The position numbers and the translations under genes were made by a program. Positions 58,510 to 64,000 of a stretch of DNA of 64,000 nucleotides are shown here, in pieces. Source of the DNA: the human T2T-CHM13v2.0 reference genome, Homo sapiens. Position 1 is the first letter of the stretch. Each line of letters opens with the position of its first letter. The notes under the pieces were generated by a model that searched no databases, was not told the DNA's origin, and worked only from the letters and a program-made list of their open reading frames with translations. The stretch is from NCBI RefSeq assembly GCF_009914755.1, contig NC_060931.1; one strand, 5' to 3'.

Positions 58510-60478
58510 CTGCAACACACACATACACACACAAACATGGTTAATACATTATTGAGTAAGCATGAATTCTGAACTGACAGCTTTGATGCAACGATTTGGC
58601 AAGATGTAAACCAAAATAAATTTTGCGAAGACTGCCTATAAATTAAAATCTGAACTTACTTTCAGTTCCAGACTTCAAAAATAATCTATATATTCTTTCA
58701 CGTTTTAGTTGTATTTTTTTCCAATGCATTTTATACTAAAATATTAGAGCATTTTTGGTGAATAGCTTTCAATAATTTCATAATTAGTTTACTTTCTAGT
58801 GTTGCATTTACAGATTTTTCCAATATTAAAAAAAAGCTGTTCCCTCTTGAATACTCAGGAAGTATATCTAAAGGAGGCACATGAACTGAATTATTTGGAA
58901 GAAGCCGTTTGATTTCATCTCTGAATTGATTTTCTGCATGGCAAAAATAAAATATTGCCTTGGACAAAGCTATTATTTTTATGGGCATCGGCATGTTTCT
59001 CTCCATTGTTATCAAGACAAATATTAAAGATTTTGAAAAGGATTTCATAAAGAAATTATATTATAAACACTCACATCCAGATTCCAGCTCAAAAAAACCC
59101 TGCAATAAAACCTGGAAGATCTGATACCCAATGCCATTTCCAAAGAATGCATAATAGCCATTTTGATGGTCATATTAACCATCTTTCATTTGCCTGTAAG
59201 TGAACAACAAAAGTTGGCTTATATTAGACTAAAATCCTCTTAAATGTCCTTATGAAAATAATCTCTTTGTTTTCCCCCATTATTATGGTTTTAGATTTGT
59301 TAAACATCATCATTTTCCAAATGTTTGTTTTCTCTTTCCTAATGACTTTTACAATAAAATCTAGATATTACATTAATTTTTGGTAATGGAAACTATGCAT
59401 GTAAGCACATAATTATAATGGATACTTTTGTAGACACCCATCCTTCACACATATGGACATATTCTAGTTTAAATGCACACACCCACGTACCCCAATATCC
59501 TAACTCTATCCTCCCAACACACACACTAACACATTCACACAAATAGATGAGCTGAACCTGATATGCCAGGAATTACATTGTTCCTGTGTTGTAATCTGTC
59601 CTCAGTCTGAAATTCACATGAGCAAAAAATGTAATCAAGTGGATTAATCAATATCTCATTATAATCAGGTAACCAGAAAAATTACATATAGACTAAATTC
59701 TCCACAGAGCTTTCTCCCAAACTTTAGTTTCAACCATATTCCCAAGTGATATTTATGTGTATCTTTATAGCAAGCATGAACAAACAGAAAAAAAAGTTAG
59801 TCTCTTCTATGGAGAATTTGACTCACTAAATTTCGGGCAGAGTATTCCAGTGTATTAATCAGATTTATGATATATTGCATCATCAAGAAAACAATTTTTT
59901 TCTTACAAATATAATTAGATTAAAGGTCATATGTATACCAGAAAAATTTCTGAGAAAATACACAGTGATGAATTATCTTAAATTTCTTCTTTACCCCCAC
60001 TTAAGCTGTAACCATTTTGTCACCTAAAATTTATTCTCTCCTCTTTATGAATTATTGCTAAAACCAGAATTAATATGAAGGCCTAAAATATCCTTTACTC
60101 ACATTGTATGTATAATAAAGAAAATATGCCTGATTGGGATGAATAAAAGGCAATGAACAATGAAAGAACATTCTATTCATGCTCGTAAATGTCATCAGAT
60201 AAATGCCAATAGATGTAAGCTCTAGTTTTTCACAATGCTTTCAGACCATTTGAAATCTGTTTCTTTCATTTTGAAGCCAGAGCATTTTAATTCTATGTTA
60301 CTAGTCCCAAAGGTTTAAGTCTCCTCTCTCACTTCAGTGACTACCATACACATAAAGAATACTTTAATTAACAGCCTGGCAAAATAATATTTTGTGCATT
60401 AAAAATTGAGCACTCTTTTGGGTTTTTTTTCTCATCCAAGTTGGGCAAAAATAAATAGATGAAAATAAAAAAACTTAC

Positions 60479-60570
60479 TTCAACTTCCTGTCCTAGATCT
60501 GGATCTCTTGAAAGAATCATATATATAAAAGTAGATGCAGGAATGTTTTCAGGAACAGACACTGAAACAC
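60479..60570 (-). pseudogene. Cadherin pseudogene exon B (92 nt, phase 1-0)
   Basis: aattgtatag| GVSVSVPENIPASTFIYMILSRDPDLGQEVE |gtaagt; PEN and DxD motifs. Confidence 0.9.
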
Positions 60571-60869
60571 CTATACAATTACACAATCATGAACAATAAT
60601 TTAAATTCAAATGTCTTTCTTTCACTTCTTGCTTCATGCTGGTACCGTAAATTACCATGCTGTATTTTCCTTAAAATGATCTTCTTCATATTTGTTTCAG
60701 AGAAACAAAAAACCCCTACAAATACTTACTCCCATTAACATCAACATTTAAAAGAGCCATCATAATTCAGGTTGATATTCCTACCTTTAAACTTTGGGCT
60801 ACTGTATAGAATGGGATATAATTGCTCAAAGTCAATGGCCACTAAGATATGATTTCTACTTTTATTCTT

Positions 60870-61090
60870 TTATATTAGGATATTGAAGCTTTTTGTCTCC
60901 TTTCACAATCATGTACAAAAAAGTAGAGCACAGCCTGTGAAGACAGGAAGAAATGCACTTGAATTCCTGCTCCATCACTATTCTCACCTGTACAATGGGG
61001 ATAAAGTACTTCTCCAATCTTAGAGTAGTTTTAGAGATTAAATAGAATACTATACATAACACATCTCTCAAATGCTCAACAAATGCTACT
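60870..61090 (+). mobile_element. MIR
   Basis: ttctcacctgtacaatggggataa...gagattaaatag. Confidence 0.7.
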
Positions 61091-61731
61091 TGCCTTTTTC
61101 CAACCATCGCCCCTCATCCTCCTTCCAATGCTACCAACTATGATTCTGTGTAATCCCAAAATCAAATAACATAAATGCACATTTAGACTACTGATAGTTT
61201 CTTTACCTGTTATGTGATTCTACGAATACTTTTTTTTAAAAGAAAAAAGGCTTAATGTTTACTGTGCAGCTGAATCTTGGATATCAAATCCAGTGAATAT
61301 TGTATCACAATCTAGACTGGGTAGTCCTGTAAGGGTCTCTTTACAGGACTTTCTAAGGATGTTATAGAACAACTTTGGTGCGACTAGGACTTGCTTATTT
61401 TGAACCTTTGTTTCAAACTGAACATGTGTAGGCAGATTCTCTAATTTAGTGATTTGTTCTGGTTAATTATAGCAACTGGATAATTAAACCCAGTAAATGA
61501 ATTGAATATGTGTGTGTCAAATCAGCAGCTTGAAAATCATGTCAATGTCTTTGGTAATTCTTGGTCACAGAGACCCACAGAGTTGCCCTACTTTAAACAG
61601 AAAGTGACTTCTTGTCCTCGCTTCTCTTATGTCCCAAGGCCCACAGCCCAGATGATGGAAGAGGAAGACATCCCGATCTTGGTACTGCTCTAGCAGTTTA
61701 TGCTGGTTCAGCCAAGCTTGTAGTAGAAATC

Positions 61732-61746
61732 GGGTCAAAATGACCT
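61732..61746. promoter_or_regulatory. Perfect palindromic IR3 estrogen-response-element consensus (motif only)
   Basis: gGGTCAaaaTGACCt matches RGGTCAnnnTGACCY; function not shown. Confidence 0.4.
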
Positions 61747-62989
61747 TCTTGAGATCCACGTGTATCTTTTTAAAGTTTACTATAATTTTGGAAGACTGAA
61801 AGGAAATTACAAAGAACATCAATTAAATTGTTTCAAAGTGGTCCAAAAGATCATATCTTCACAAACACCAAACCCATTCGTTGGTACCTTGCCAAGGCTC
61901 ACCTAGGAGACTTTTCTTGGTTAAATTTAATTTCTGTGAACAAATTTCTTTAATATAAACTTCTATTTTTAGATATGTTTATTATTATGTATATCAGAAG
62001 ATATGTTCTGATTCAAAGTAATAAATCTGTGTGTTGTGCGTTTTGGAACTTTTGGGTTTCCAAAAAGGTGATGTTTCTGAACATTGAGAAGAGATCATTC
62101 TGGTGGTAAGAAATAGAGCAGCAATGAACAGGCATCCAGGAAAAACAAAACAAAAAAGAGACTATTTTAATGAAGTTTGCCTTGTTCCACTTGCCCTCAA
62201 CTTCTTTTTTATCTCATTGCCTCCCAGTTATTTGGGTAGTTTCTCTTAATAGAAATAGAGAAAGAAAAGCAGTAAAACAAAGAAAGCAGAAGGAGTAAAG
62301 TCTTTATGGTAGGTGAGCAAGTAAAGTTAGAAATAAATGGAGAGAAAAAAATGAAAAGACTAACTAATAGAGCAAATATAATTGTTGAGATCCAGTGGAC
62401 CCAGCCAAAATTAAATCAAGCCAATCTATGTTTTCTGAGATCCAATCATGTGCAAGGTCTCAAGTATATTCAAATGTTTTAAAGATTGTGTTTTTAGGTC
62501 CTCATGAAAAACACAAATACACCTAAGAGTGAGGTTAGGGAACAGTATATGAGGTTGTGATTGACACAAAGTAGAATAGCATATTTTAACATTTTATCCA
62601 CAAAGACATACTGATTCCAATAGATGATGCATGCTTTCTTTCATGAGGTAAGTGAAAGAATAAAATTTCATTTACAAAACTTAATTTATCAAACTTTTCA
62701 AGACTATGCCTATTGTAATCATACTGAAAGCTACCTCTATATATTACTTTAAATCTATTATAGTTTGTACAACTGAAAATTTATTTTAAGCAAGTATTTT
62801 GGAGGCAAGAATAGCAGATGAAATAACTACATACTACTAGGAGTAATGATGACACTTAAGAGGCTGAAATTTTATATAAATACAGCTAGAATTTTTAATT
62901 TAAGAAACATTAAAAATGAATAGTGGAGCAGGTTTACTAAAATGTTGGAAAAGAATAATTTATTATAATCATACAAAAATAAATGATTC

Positions 62990-63500
62990 TATACAAATGG
63001 TATATGTGTTTATAATTATCTATTTATATGTGGTATATATATTATTGTATACACCAAATTAAAGGAAATGTGTTTATAGTTTGTATCATGTATCATTTCA
63101 TGCTTATTATTTTTTGAAGATAATCTTTAATGGTTAGATAGCAATTCATCAAATGGACATAGTGTCTTTTAATCAATTTCCTATTCTTAGACATTTTGGT
63201 TATTTCAAACCTTATACTATTACAAACTTTGAACATAAATCTTGATTATATCTCCATTATTTCTGTAAAGATGAATTCAGGGAGAAATACTCAGGTAGAG
63301 ATTATAATCATTTTTAAAATAACTGTTCATGAAATAGTATTCTAGGTGGTTATTCTAAAATCCCACTTTATGAAAGTGATAATTTCTGTATACTCTAGCC
63401 AATGCTGATTTTTTTCCTATTATTTTAATATTTTGGCCAATTTAGTAGGTGAAAATTGTATTTTATTGTTTAGATTTGTATGTGTTTGATAACTTGTGAG
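62990..63500 (-). mobile_element. L1ME-type fragment
   Basis: tagacattttggttatttc...ttttggccaatttagtaggtgaaaa resembles the reverse L1 3' end. Confidence 0.6.
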
Positions 63501-63783
63501 GCTACATATCAATCCATATGTTACAGATACAATCAGAATAATTTTGTCATTACTCCTAATACCCTATCTGCCACACACAGAAATAACTATAATTTGAATT
63601 CAAATTTGAATTATAGTAACTTTATTTTTTTTCTTTTTAGGAACATGCTATGTCTCTCACTTTATTTGCTTTTATTTACTTCCCATTTATAAAACTAGAA
63701 AGCTTAAACTATAATTCCAGTTTTATTTTTAAATTTTATTATTGTCTCATGAATTTTATCAATAAAATTGACTTGTATTATAC

Positions 63784-63966
63784 CTGCTCCTGTTGAAAAA
63801 CTTGGATCACAGGAAATAGGATCATCTACATTCTCCACAAAAACTGTAAACGTATAGCTGCTGGTATTATTCCCATTATCTGTTGCCTCAGTTTCCAAAG
63901 AGTAGATTTTGGAGTTACTTGGGTTGTCAAGATTCAAAGGCTGAAGAAGAGTGATTGTTCCTGTGA
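63784..63966 (-). pseudogene. Cadherin pseudogene exon A (183 nt, phase 1-1)
   Basis: ttctttttattag|TC ACA GGA... TGTITLLQPLNLDNPSNSKIYSLETEATDNGNNTSSYTFTVFVENVDDPISCDPSFSTGA G|gtataa; overlaps ORF 63704..63937. Confidence 0.9.
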
Positions 63967-64000
63967 CTAATAAAAAGAAATAAAATGAAGAAAAATGACC

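Overview
AT-rich primate (very likely human) genomic DNA, dense in Alu, L1, MIR, MaLR and ERV repeats. No intact protein-coding gene is visible, and nearly all ORFs in the supplied track are chance or repeat-derived. The main non-repeat content is an intron-containing cadherin-related gene relic on the minus strand (42196..63966, continuing past the right edge). I reconstructed it by hand as 10 exons (1458 nt, about 486 codons, roughly 4.6 extracellular cadherin repeats). All exons have canonical AG/GT ends and matching phases. It carries only two disabling lesions: an in-frame TAA at 56103..56105 and a frameshift near 52380..52392. It resembles the CDHR3/CDHR4 branch and may be one of the human unitary CDHR pseudogenes (CDHR17P or CDHR18P; not verifiable here). 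I found no downstream, transmembrane or cytoplasmic exons in the remaining 42 kb. The window also holds a complete two-LTR MER61-type provirus (30642..37869) with TSD, a tRNA-Arg PBS and a chimeric double env tail, two independent LTR1-like solo LTRs, a 39-bp octamer-containing duplication beside the last cadherin exon, and a perfect palindromic ERE-type motif. Repeat subfamily names are from recall of consensus sequences, and boundaries without a TSD are approximate.
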